DNA from: Bacteroidales bacterium
GTDB taxonomy: Bacteria > Bacteroidota > Bacteroidia > Bacteroidales > UBA12077
Direction: 5' to 3'
Assembly: GCA_028282585.1 (NCBI GenBank)
Contig: JANQHR010000172.1
Location: 1 to 64,000, forward strand
DNA: 64,000 nt
The notes under the pieces are model-generated. The model saw only the letters and a list, made by a program, of their open reading frames with translations, was not told where the DNA came from and did no database searches. The translations under genes were made by a program, and so were the position numbers. Shown piece after piece: positions 1-7,843 of this stretch; the stretch's first letter is position 1, and the number at the start of each line of letters is the position of its first letter.

Positions 1-2
1 TC

Positions 3-77
3 TTTGGCATCCATACAGCTAATGCTCTTGAAATTGGGCGAAGAATGGCTCTGGAAAAATTAGAGCAAGCAGCTTAA
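3..77 (+). CDS. 3' end of a CDS truncated by the window edge (FGIHTANALEIGRRMALEKLEQAA*), product unknown
   Basis: Open frame from the window start to TAA at 75-77, followed by an intergenic hairpin. Confidence 0.55.
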   Translation, partial: FGIHTANALEIGRRMALEKLEQAA

Positions 78-174
78 ATAATTATGTATCAAACTATAAT
101 TGCGTTGATATTGGGATAGGTATCTCTAAAAATCAGGAAAATATATCCATAAATTAAAATTCAACAAAAAACTA

Positions 175-212
175 TAAAAAAAGTAGCTGTAAAACTTAAT
201 CTACAGCTTCTC
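175..212 (-). terminator. Intrinsic terminator-like hairpin between convergent genes
   Basis: AGCTGTA-N10-TACAGCT stem with an A-run on the left (U-tract on the minus strand). Confidence 0.55.
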
Positions 213-348
213 AATTTTTATAGTTTACTTACTTCTGAAATTGCCTGAATAACTCTAATGTATTTTCGTGGAAATTAACGTGCCTATTATTCCAAGATTT
301 ATTTCCGGGCAGCCGGATTAATGTTAATAAAAGTTACTAGTGGAACGA

Positions 349-1692
349 TTAAAACGTTAAAGTAAAAGTAGTTCCTTTTTCGATTTCGGATACAGCAGTA
401 ATTGATCCGCCATGAAGTCTCATGATTTGTTTTGAAAGACTTAGTCCAATTCCGGAACCTTTTGGTTTGGTAGTGAAAAATGGAATAAAAATCTTATCAA
501 GAACTTCCTTTAAAATGCCCTGTCCATTATCAATCACCTGAATAGTAACTCTACCACGTTTATTATAGTAGGCCTTTACATGAATCATTGGCATTTCTTT
601 ACCTTCAAGAGCATGTATAGCATTTTTAATTAGGTTTATCAGAACCTGTTCAATGAGTTTCGTGTCTGCATGAATTTCTATCGATTCAGGATCTACAGTT
701 AAAATATAATCTATGTTATTGGCTTTAACCTCTTCTTGAACAAGCATCTTAATGTCATCCAAAATATCTTTAACTTTTGCAATCTTGAAATTAGGATTTG
801 GAATCTTAGTAAGATTTCTATACGTATTTACAAAGTGTAATAATCCGTTACTTCGTTTATTAATTGTTTTAATTGCATTATGTGCTTCATTAATTGACTC
901 CTGGTCAGGAGGAGATTCATTCCTTTTTGCCTCTTTGAACATCAAATCTAATGTTGACGTAATTGACGAAATAGGGGTTATAGAGTTCATAATCTCGTGT
1001 GTAAGAACTCGGATTAATTTTTGCCAACTTTCTGTTTCTTGATCTTCTAAAACACTCTGAATATTTTTTATAGTTACAAGAATGATACTTTTATCATTAA
1101 TTTTAAATTCTGAGCCTGAGATTGCAAGCTGTAAAATGTCATCTTCCTCTTGTATTTTAACCAAGCTACTTTTTCCAGGTTCAAAGTTTATTAGCGTATT
1201 AACCAAATCGGAGCTAATAACTTCTAAATCATGGATATTTTTGACTGAGTTTATTTGAAAAAGCTTTTTAAAAGCATTGTTTACCATATCAACTTTTCCG
1301 TTACGTTGATACGTAATTATGCTTACATCAATATTCCGCACTAGGTTTTGAAAGTATTGATGCTGTTCTTCCTTTTCCGATCTTACTTTTTGAAAGTCCT
1401 GAATAACATCGTTAAACGCTTGATTTAATTCATCAAAGGAAGAGCCCATACCTTCAATTTTAAATGATCGAGTAAATTCTGAAAATCGAATTGATTCCAG
1501 AAAACTGGCCAAATCGCGATTTGTTTTATCCAGGTATTTAAAAATTAAATAAATTTGGAATATAATGATTAGCCCTATTAAAAATGGCGTAATAAAATAC
1601 TCTAGCGTAAGAGTATAGAAAAAAAGAAATATTGTTGCCGTTAACAACAATATTCTAAAAATAGCAACTAATCTGAAATTTCTAAAGACCAT
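349..1692 (-). CDS. Membrane sensor histidine kinase (NtrY/NtrB-like, PAS-like + HisKA + HATPase)
   Basis: Two N-terminal TM segments; HEIMNS H-box; NLIKNA N-box; DNGQG, FIPFFTTK and GSGIGL boxes; overlaps the regulator gene by 11 bp. Confidence 0.92.
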   Translation of the reverse strand: MVFRNFRLVAIFRILLLTATIFLFFYTLTLEYFITPFLIGLIIIFQIYLIFKYLDKTNRDLASFLESIRFSEFTRSFKIEGMGSSFDELNQAFNDVIQDFQKVRSEKEEQHQYFQNLVRNIDVSIITYQRNGKVDMVNNAFKKLFQINSVKNIHDLEVISSDLVNTLINFEPGKSSLVKIQEEDDILQLAISGSEFKINDKSIILVTIKNIQSVLEDQETESWQKLIRVLTHEIMNSITPISSITSTLDLMFKEAKRNESPPDQESINEAHNAIKTINKRSNGLLHFVNTYRNLTKIPNPNFKIAKVKDILDDIKMLVQEEVKANNIDYILTVDPESIEIHADTKLIEQVLINLIKNAIHALEGKEMPMIHVKAYYNKRGRVTIQVIDNGQGILKEVLDKIFIPFFTTKPKGSGIGLSLSKQIMRLHGGSITAVSEIEKGTTFTLTF

Positions 1693-3058
1693 ATTTTTCC
1701 ATTCTTCGATACAGCGAAGTTCTTGTTAAACCAAGAATTGTAGCTGCTTGAGTTACATTTCCCTGATTTTGTTTTAATACTTTAACAATAATATTTTTTT
1801 CAACTTCCTCCAGATTATATGTGTTCAATTCAATCTCGGCAACCTTTTCACTTCTTGCAGAAAGTAGAAAATCAGTGTCTTGCAATGAATCAGAATCACT
1901 CATTATAACAGCTCTTTCGAGAGCATGTTGTAACTCCCGTACATTTCCAGGCCATTGATATTGATTTAATTTTTTCATTGCATCTGCGCTGATCCCTTTA
2001 ATATTTTTACGATACTTTTTAGCATATACACCAAGAAAATGTTCAGCCAGTAAAGGAATATCACTAATACGCTCTCTAAGCGGTGGTAAATGAATCTCAA
2101 CCGTATTGATTCTATAAAGCAGATCTTGTCTAAAAGATTCATCTTGAACCATTTCGTGAATATTATTATTTGTTGCACAGATCAAACGAACATCAATTGG
2201 ATTAGGCTTGTTTGCACCAACTCGGGTTATTTCCCTTCTTTCAAGTACTGTTAGCAACTTAGCTTGCATTGGTAGAGATAAATTACCTATTTCATCCAAA
2301 AATAATGTTCCACCCGATGCAATCTCAAATCTACCAGGTTTATCCTTTTTCGCATCAGTAAAAGAACCCTTCATATGGCCAAAAAGTTCACTTTCAAATA
2401 AAGTTTCTGCAATTGCTCCTAAGTCAACACTTATAAAAATTTCATCTTTCTTTAATGAGTTTCTGTGTAATGCTCTGGCAACTAGCTCTTTGCCAGTGCC
2501 ATTCTCTCCTAAAATCAATACATTTGCGTCCGTTTTAGCTACTTTTTGAATTGTTGCAAAAACTTGTTGCATCTCGGGAGAATTACCAATAAACTCATGA
2601 AATGGTTGATCCTGAATAGCACTTATTTCCTTTTGTTTTTTTCTTAAATTGGTTGCTTCGCTTTTAGATCTTCGAAGTTTTATTGCAGAAGATATTGTTG
2701 CCAATAACTTTTCATTTTGCCACGGTTTAAGAACAAAGTCGGTAGCACCCAGTTTAATTGCTTTAACAGCCTTTTCTGCATCACCATATGCTGTAATAAA
2801 AACTACAACCGCATCAGGATCAATCTCCACAATTTTTGCCAACCAATCAAAACCTTCTTGTCCACTTATTGCATCCTTCGTGAAGTTCATATCTAATAAT
2901 ATAACATCAAAACTTTCATTATTTAGATGTTCTGGTATTCTTTCGGGATTTGTTTCGGTTTGAATAAGTTCAACATGGTTTTTAAGAAGTAGCTTTAATG
3001 CAAATAAAATATCTTCATTATCGTCTATAGCTAGGATTCTTCCAATTTTTTCGCTCAT
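1682..3058 (-). CDS. Sigma54-dependent response regulator (REC-AAA+-Fis HTH, NtrC family)
   Basis: REC motifs DD/LLDMNF/KPW; Walker A GENGTGKE; GSFTDA (GAFTGA loop); FLDEI; WPGNVREL; C-terminal HTH. Confidence 0.95.
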   Translation of the reverse strand: MSEKIGRILAIDDNEDILFALKLLLKNHVELIQTETNPERIPEHLNNESFDVILLDMNFTKDAISGQEGFDWLAKIVEIDPDAVVVFITAYGDAEKAVKAIKLGATDFVLKPWQNEKLLATISSAIKLRRSKSEATNLRKKQKEISAIQDQPFHEFIGNSPEMQQVFATIQKVAKTDANVLILGENGTGKELVARALHRNSLKKDEIFISVDLGAIAETLFESELFGHMKGSFTDAKKDKPGRFEIASGGTLFLDEIGNLSLPMQAKLLTVLERREITRVGANKPNPIDVRLICATNNNIHEMVQDESFRQDLLYRINTVEIHLPPLRERISDIPLLAEHFLGVYAKKYRKNIKGISADAMKKLNQYQWPGNVRELQHALERAVIMSDSDSLQDTDFLLSARSEKVAEIELNTYNLEEVEKNIIVKVLKQNQGNVTQAATILGLTRTSLYRRMEKYGL

Positions 3059-3124
3059 AATATTCTACTAATAAATTCTATGATTAATTAAATGTAAATA
3101 TACAACATAATTTTTGGAAGTTGA

Positions 3125-3162
3125 TGTACGAAATCGTACTCTACATGTTTCGTAATCGAACA
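3125..3162 (+). promoter_or_regulatory. Tandem upstream activator sites (TGTACG-AAAT-CGTACT; GTTTCG-TAAT-CGAACA)
   Basis: Two imperfect 16-bp palindromes 22 bp apart; the same motif recurs at 5393/5414 and 24456/24478. Confidence 0.7.
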
Positions 3163-3227
3163 GTTTACGATATATATGAATTTGGCTTTTTAATATAAAT
3201 GTCAACCATTCAGTGTTATATGGCTTT

Positions 3228-3242
3228 TGGCATAGTAAATGT
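3228..3242 (+). promoter_or_regulatory. Sigma54 -24/-12 promoter of the efflux adaptor operon
   Basis: TGGCATAGTAAATGT (GG-N10-G), 103 bp downstream of the first UAS and 45 bp before the ATG. Confidence 0.65.
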
Positions 3243-3286
3243 TTGTAAAGGGAGGAATCTAAATAAATCTTACTAAATTTTAAATA

Positions 3287-4540
3287 ATGGATAGAGTAAT
3301 AGAAAAAAAGCATAAATGGCTTAATAAAAAAACGATCTGGCTAACAATAGGAGGCGTTTTTATTCTTCTCATAGCTTACAATATTTTTTTCGGTGATAAA
3401 AGTTCAAAATTAAATGTTGAAAGAGAAAAAATTACAATCGAGTCAATTATTGAAGATGAATTTAAAGATTATATTGCTCAAATAGGGACAGTTGAGCCAA
3501 TAAAAACAATTTATCTTGATGCAATTGAAGGTGGTCGTGTTGAGGAAATTCTGATTGATGAAGGAAATATGGTAAGAAAGGGAGAGGTAATCCTCCGCTT
3601 AAGTAATGTTAACTTAATTCTAGAGATTTCAAATAACGAAGCGGCCGTCTCAAGATCTATTAATGAATTTGAGAATACTAAAATAAATCTCGAATTAAAT
3701 ACAATTAACAGGAAACAAACACTAATTGAAACGGAACGCCTGCTAAAGCAGCAAGAAAGACAGTATGATTATAACAAGCAGATGTTAAAAGACCAACACA
3801 TTTCTAAAGAAGAGTTTGATCAATCATATGAGCAATATAATGCTACTAAACAACAATATGCATTATTAAAAGAAGCGCTTAAGAATGATTCGATTTATAG
3901 AAATGTTCAATTGGCGGCCATGGATAATCAAATTAAAAATATGCAAGAAAACTTGACGGTAATTCAGGGAAGGCTGGAAAATCTTAGAGTAAAAGCGCCG
4001 GTCGATGGTGAATTGGCTAACTTAAATCCGGAGGTAGGCGAAGTAATTACATATGGAAATAGAATAGGTACTGTCAATATCTTGGATGACTACAAATTAA
4101 GAGTAGAAATTGATGAACATTATATAGCAAGAGTTCGAAAAGGATTGCCGGGTAGCTTTGATTTTGCAGGGTCAAGTTATACACTTGTAATTGATAAGGT
4201 TTATCCTGAAGTAACTAATGGACGTTTTGCTGTTGATATGGTATTTACATCAGAGAAACCAAGTCAAATTAGAATAGGTCAGACATTCAGATTAAAGTTA
4301 GAATTAGGTGAATCTAAACAAGCAATTTTGATCCCAAGAGGAGGGTTTTATCAAAGTACTGGTGGACAGTGGGTCTATGTTGTTGATGAAAGTAATAATA
4401 TAGCTGTTAAAAGAAGTATTTCCATTGGGCGACAGAATCCAAGATTTTATGAGGTACTTGAAGGATTAGAACCAGGCGAACAGGTAATTGTTTCTAGCTA
4501 TGATAATTTTAACGAAGTAGACCAATTAATTTTAAAATAA
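3287..4540 (+). CDS. Efflux periplasmic adaptor subunit (HlyD/MacA-like)
   Basis: N-terminal TM; lipoyl halves (GGRVEEILIDEG, VKAPVDG); long coiled coil; C-terminal EVLEGLEPGEQV. Confidence 0.9.
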   Translation: MDRVIEKKHKWLNKKTIWLTIGGVFILLIAYNIFFGDKSSKLNVEREKITIESIIEDEFKDYIAQIGTVEPIKTIYLDAIEGGRVEEILIDEGNMVRKGEVILRLSNVNLILEISNNEAAVSRSINEFENTKINLELNTINRKQTLIETERLLKQQERQYDYNKQMLKDQHISKEEFDQSYEQYNATKQQYALLKEALKNDSIYRNVQLAAMDNQIKNMQENLTVIQGRLENLRVKAPVDGELANLNPEVGEVITYGNRIGTVNILDDYKLRVEIDEHYIARVRKGLPGSFDFAGSSYTLVIDKVYPEVTNGRFAVDMVFTSEKPSQIRIGQTFRLKLELGESKQAILIPRGGFYQSTGGQWVYVVDESNNIAVKRSISIGRQNPRFYEVLEGLEPGEQVIVSSYDNFNEVDQLILK

Positions 4541-4575
4541 TTAGATAATATATTAGTAATTTAAATCTTACAGTT

Positions 4576-5259
4576 ATGATTAAAACTAATGAATTAGTAA
4601 AGGTTTTCAGAACAGATGAAGTTGAAACAACTGCTCTGAATAAAGTAAACTTGAATATTGAAAAAGGAGAATTTGTAGCAATTATGGGACCATCTGGTTG
4701 TGGTAAATCTACATTGCTAAACATTCTGGGATTATTAGATAATCCAACTTCCGGAGAACTTCATTTTGTTGATCAGGAAGTATCTAAATATTCGGAAAGA
4801 CAAAGAACTAACTTAAGAAAAGCGAACATTGGATTTGTTTTCCAAAGTTTTAATTTAATTGATGAACTAACGGTATATGAAAATGTTGAACTTCCGTTAT
4901 TGTATTTAAATATGCCTTCATCTGAGAGAAAAAAGAAAGTTGAAGAAGTGCTTGACAGAATGAAAATGTCACATCGTAAAAAGCATTTTCCACAACAATT
5001 GTCGGGTGGACAGCAACAAAGGGTTGCTATTTCAAGAGCTGTGGTGACAAATCCAAAATTAATTCTTGCCGATGAGCCTACGGGTAACTTAGATTCTGCT
5101 AACGGTGAGGAAGTAATGAGTTTGTTAACGCAATTAAATAATGATGGTACTACAATTATAATGGTTACTCACTCACCATCTGATGCCGAAAAAGCTCATA
5201 GAATTGTTCAGTTATTTGATGGACATATTGTTACGGAAAATATTAAAAAAGTTCTATAG
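4576..5259 (+). CDS. ABC transporter ATP-binding protein (MacB/LolD type)
   Basis: GPSGCGKS, LSGGQQQRV, ILADEPTGNLD and VTH motifs. Confidence 0.95.
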   Translation: MIKTNELVKVFRTDEVETTALNKVNLNIEKGEFVAIMGPSGCGKSTLLNILGLLDNPTSGELHFVDQEVSKYSERQRTNLRKANIGFVFQSFNLIDELTVYENVELPLLYLNMPSSERKKKVEEVLDRMKMSHRKKHFPQQLSGGQQQRVAISRAVVTNPKLILADEPTGNLDSANGEEVMSLLTQLNNDGTTIIMVTHSPSDAEKAHRIVQLFDGHIVTENIKKVL

Positions 5260-5367
5260 ATATGTAAAATTCTAAGGGAGGCAGAAGTGATTTTCCCCTA
5301 TACTTTCCCGATTTTTGAGTATATAAGATCCCCAATTTAACGTCACTTCTGCTCTTTCTTATTAAGA

Positions 5368-5393
5368 AAGAAGTTTTGATAAACTTCTTTTTT
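5368..5393 (+). terminator. Intrinsic terminator
   Basis: AAGAAGTTT-TGAT-AAACTTCTT followed by a T-run. Confidence 0.65.
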
Positions 5394-5429
5394 GTTCGAA
5401 ATCGAACAGGTTTTGACCGTTGACGCACA
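5393..5429 (+). promoter_or_regulatory. Tandem upstream activator sites (TGTTCG-AAAT-CGAACA; TGACCG-TTGA-CGCACA)
   Basis: A site with perfectly palindromic arms, plus a second site 21 bp later. Confidence 0.72.
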
Positions 5430-5495
5430 TAATTATACTTGCTAAACACTCATCAAAATGATATAAAACACTCATAGACAGAACTTTGTGTCCAT

Positions 5496-5510
5496 TGGCA
5501 TATAAGTTGA
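5496..5510 (+). promoter_or_regulatory. Sigma54 -24/-12 promoter
   Basis: TGGCATATAAGTTGA, 103 bp downstream of the first UAS. Confidence 0.72.
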
Positions 5511-5592
5511 AACTAATTTACAGTAAATCCTAAAAACCCACTACAAGCCAAAGTGATAGAATAATAACAACTAAAACGAAAGGACAATTATT

Positions 5593-5889
5593 ATGTTAAA
5601 AGACCTATGCATACCGATTCCCGGTTTTGGCGAAAACGAAGTAGCCGAATTACATTTGAAAGTTGGTGATCGAAAAATTAGTTATGATTTTAGAGTAGAA
5701 TCTTTTCCTTGGGACGTAGAAGATGAGCTCAATGATGATTCTGATGATATAAGCAGGTCATTAGCCAGAATTAGCAGGTTAAGAAAATCTATTGCAGAAT
5801 ATGATAAAAGTTGGGAGTTAATTCAGATTTTTACACCGGCAGAATCTTCAAAATATATACAAGTTCTATATCGAAAAAAAACTAACTAA
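5593..5889 (+). CDS. Hypothetical cytoplasmic protein (98 aa)
   Basis: A-rich leader; protein-like composition; lies directly downstream of the sigma54 promoter. Confidence 0.8.
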   Translation: MLKDLCIPIPGFGENEVAELHLKVGDRKISYDFRVESFPWDVEDELNDDSDDISRSLARISRLRKSIAEYDKSWELIQIFTPAESSKYIQVLYRKKTN

Positions 5890-5905
5890 TTTAAAAAACT
5901 AATTT

Positions 5906-6349
5906 ATGAAAAAAGTAATTACTGTATTAGCAATTGTAATATTTGCTGCTTCTACTGCATTTGGACAAGATGCGGAAAAGGAAGACATTAAAAATGTGAT
6001 TCAAACAGCTTATGTGGATGGTTTGCAAAACAAAGGTAATGTTGAAGACATTATAAATGGATTTCACCCCGGTTTTAACTTACTTGGAGTTAGGGAAGAT
6101 AAGTTAACCAAATACCCTATTTATAGCTGGATACAATCTTTTGAGGAACGAAAAGCAAAAGATCCTTCACCTGTAACCGATGAGAAAAAAATCACTTGCA
6201 ATTATTTATTGATTGATGTAACAGGCAATTCAGCAATGGCAAAAATCCAATTAGTTAGAAATAAAGAGCTTCTGTTTACCGATTACCTGCAGTTATATAA
6301 ATTTGAAGATGGTTGGAAGCTCGTTAGTAAAATATATTATCGCCATTAA
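5906..6349 (+). CDS. Secreted NTF2-fold protein (putative lumazine-binding family)
   Basis: Signal peptide; YVDG, FHP, IDVTGNSAMAKI and FTDYLQLYKFEDGWKLVSKIY patterns. Confidence 0.8.
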   Translation: MKKVITVLAIVIFAASTAFGQDAEKEDIKNVIQTAYVDGLQNKGNVEDIINGFHPGFNLLGVREDKLTKYPIYSWIQSFEERKAKDPSPVTDEKKITCNYLLIDVTGNSAMAKIQLVRNKELLFTDYLQLYKFEDGWKLVSKIYYRH

Positions 6350-6365
6350 GAATGAACTTAAATTA

Positions 6366-6400
6366 AATGGGTATCTGATTAAAAACGGATACTCGTTTTT
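6366..6400 (+). terminator. Intrinsic terminator
   Basis: GGGTATCTG-N8-CGGATACTC (with G.U pairs) plus a T-run. Confidence 0.6.
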
Positions 6401-6443
6401 ATTTTAAAACGTTTTATATCTAATTTTACATAAAACATTAAAA

Positions 6444-6812
6444 ATGATGAAAGTAGATAAAAAGGCTTTAATTCGATGGAAAGTTTACCTTGACAGATCT
6501 AAAATGTACATTGGATATATTAACTTATTTATGATGGTAACCATATTTCTTGGTGCAATTAAAAATACGGAAATTGGTGCTTTTTTAATAGCAAATGTTT
6601 ATATAGCTATTCCGGTTCTAATAATTTTGTTTATATTTTTTGCATTGCTTCTTGGATATTGGGATTCTAAATTAGGTATAAGAAGCGAGGAAATGAGAAA
6701 TCTTGCATCTCAAAATCCAGTGCAAATGGAAATGTTGGAAACGATTAGAAAACTGAAACATGATCAGGGCAAACTAATCGAAAAAATTAATAAATTGGAA
6801 AGATCGAATTAA
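6444..6812 (+). CDS. Hypothetical 2-TM membrane protein with a C-terminal coiled coil
   Basis: Two hydrophobic segments and a charged helical tail. Confidence 0.7.
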   Translation: MMKVDKKALIRWKVYLDRSKMYIGYINLFMMVTIFLGAIKNTEIGAFLIANVYIAIPVLIILFIFFALLLGYWDSKLGIRSEEMRNLASQNPVQMEMLETIRKLKHDQGKLIEKINKLERSN

Positions 6813-6824
6813 TTTTAAAGATCT

Positions 6825-6850
6825 TGCATCTATTTTTATTTATTATCGTC
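6825..6850 (+). promoter_or_regulatory. Putative ECF sigma promoter
   Basis: TGCATC-N16-CGTC just upstream of the 6884 ATG; same spacing as the site at 14617-14641. Confidence 0.4.
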
Positions 6851-6883
6851 TTTATATCAAATCTAATCTAAAATGTAACTAAA

Positions 6884-7786
6884 ATGAAAAACTTACTTTT
6901 AACAATTATGTTATTACTTTCTCCATTGTTTGCATTTATGCAGGTTTCTGTTGATGCAAATGAAATTATTGAGAAACTTAATAAAGGAGAAGAGGCACAT
7001 TATGAAAATGTAACCATTAATGGTGATGTTGATTTCAGATTAATAAAGGATAGAGAAGAGGAAAATGATAATGATTTTGATGTTATTTTTAACGACAATG
7101 TAACATATAAATATCATGTAAATGCTCCTCTTAAATTTACTAACTGTATATTTAATGGGAAGTTTATTGCATATTATAATGATGACAAAAAAGATGAATT
7201 GCATATAGTAATGTTTCACGATGATGTGTTATTTACCAATTGTACTTTCAAAGATGATTTTTTAGTAAAGTATTCTGAATTTGACAAAGCTGCTAATTTT
7301 AGCGCTAGTTTATTTGAAGAAGATGCCTTGTTTAAATATTCCGAATTTAATTCAGAACTGGATTTTTCAAATTCGGTATTTGAAGAAGATGCGAACTTTA
7401 AATATGCAGAATTTCCAATGTACGTTAGCTTTAGTAATTCAAAGTTTAGTAGAGAGGCAAATTTTAAATATACTGAATTTGAAGATAAAATTGATTTTAA
7501 AGAATGCGAATTCCTGGGGGTAGGAAATTTTAAATATACTGATTTTGATGATTTTGTTGACTTTTCAGGATCTAAATATAAGTCTGATGCTATTTTTAAA
7601 TATACAGAGTTTCCTGATGGTGTAAGTTTCGAAAATGTAATTTTTGATGATTTTGCTGACTTTAAATACGCCAAATTTTATGATCCGGTAAAGTTGAACA
7701 ATGTTGCATTTGATGGTGAAACATCATTTAAATATACCAAGGTGGAAGGAAAAGATTTTGTAACGTATCTTTTTAAAAATAAATAA
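6884..7786 (+). CDS. Secreted pentapeptide-repeat-like protein (22-aa period)
   Basis: Signal peptide; eight (F/V)KY.EF units spaced 22 aa apart. Confidence 0.8.
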   Translation: MKNLLLTIMLLLSPLFAFMQVSVDANEIIEKLNKGEEAHYENVTINGDVDFRLIKDREEENDNDFDVIFNDNVTYKYHVNAPLKFTNCIFNGKFIAYYNDDKKDELHIVMFHDDVLFTNCTFKDDFLVKYSEFDKAANFSASLFEEDALFKYSEFNSELDFSNSVFEEDANFKYAEFPMYVSFSNSKFSREANFKYTEFEDKIDFKECEFLGVGNFKYTDFDDFVDFSGSKYKSDAIFKYTEFPDGVSFENVIFDDFADFKYAKFYDPVKLNNVAFDGETSFKYTKVEGKDFVTYLFKNK

Positions 7787-7843
7787 TATAGGGTTTGAAA
7801 AGATTGAATGGGTTGAGTCTTTTTATAAGATTATCTGATCTAT

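Noticed and set aside
271-392. Possible fourth sigma54 promoter (minus AGGCACGTTAATTTC) with a UAS-like TATCCG-AAAT-CGAAAA inside the kinase 3' end
   Set aside because: Poor -12 box, only one site, 107-bp spacing and no gene downstream; may be chance
752-3313. ORFs at 752, 1975, 2208, 2649 and 3068, and similar ORFs antisense to or overlapping dnaK, the RND permease, the TonB receptor and others
   Set aside because: Shadow frames of well-supported genes with no recognisable motifs
7216-7674. 152-aa repetitive antisense ORF
   Set aside because: Mirror of the 66-bp periodic repeat gene on the plus strand
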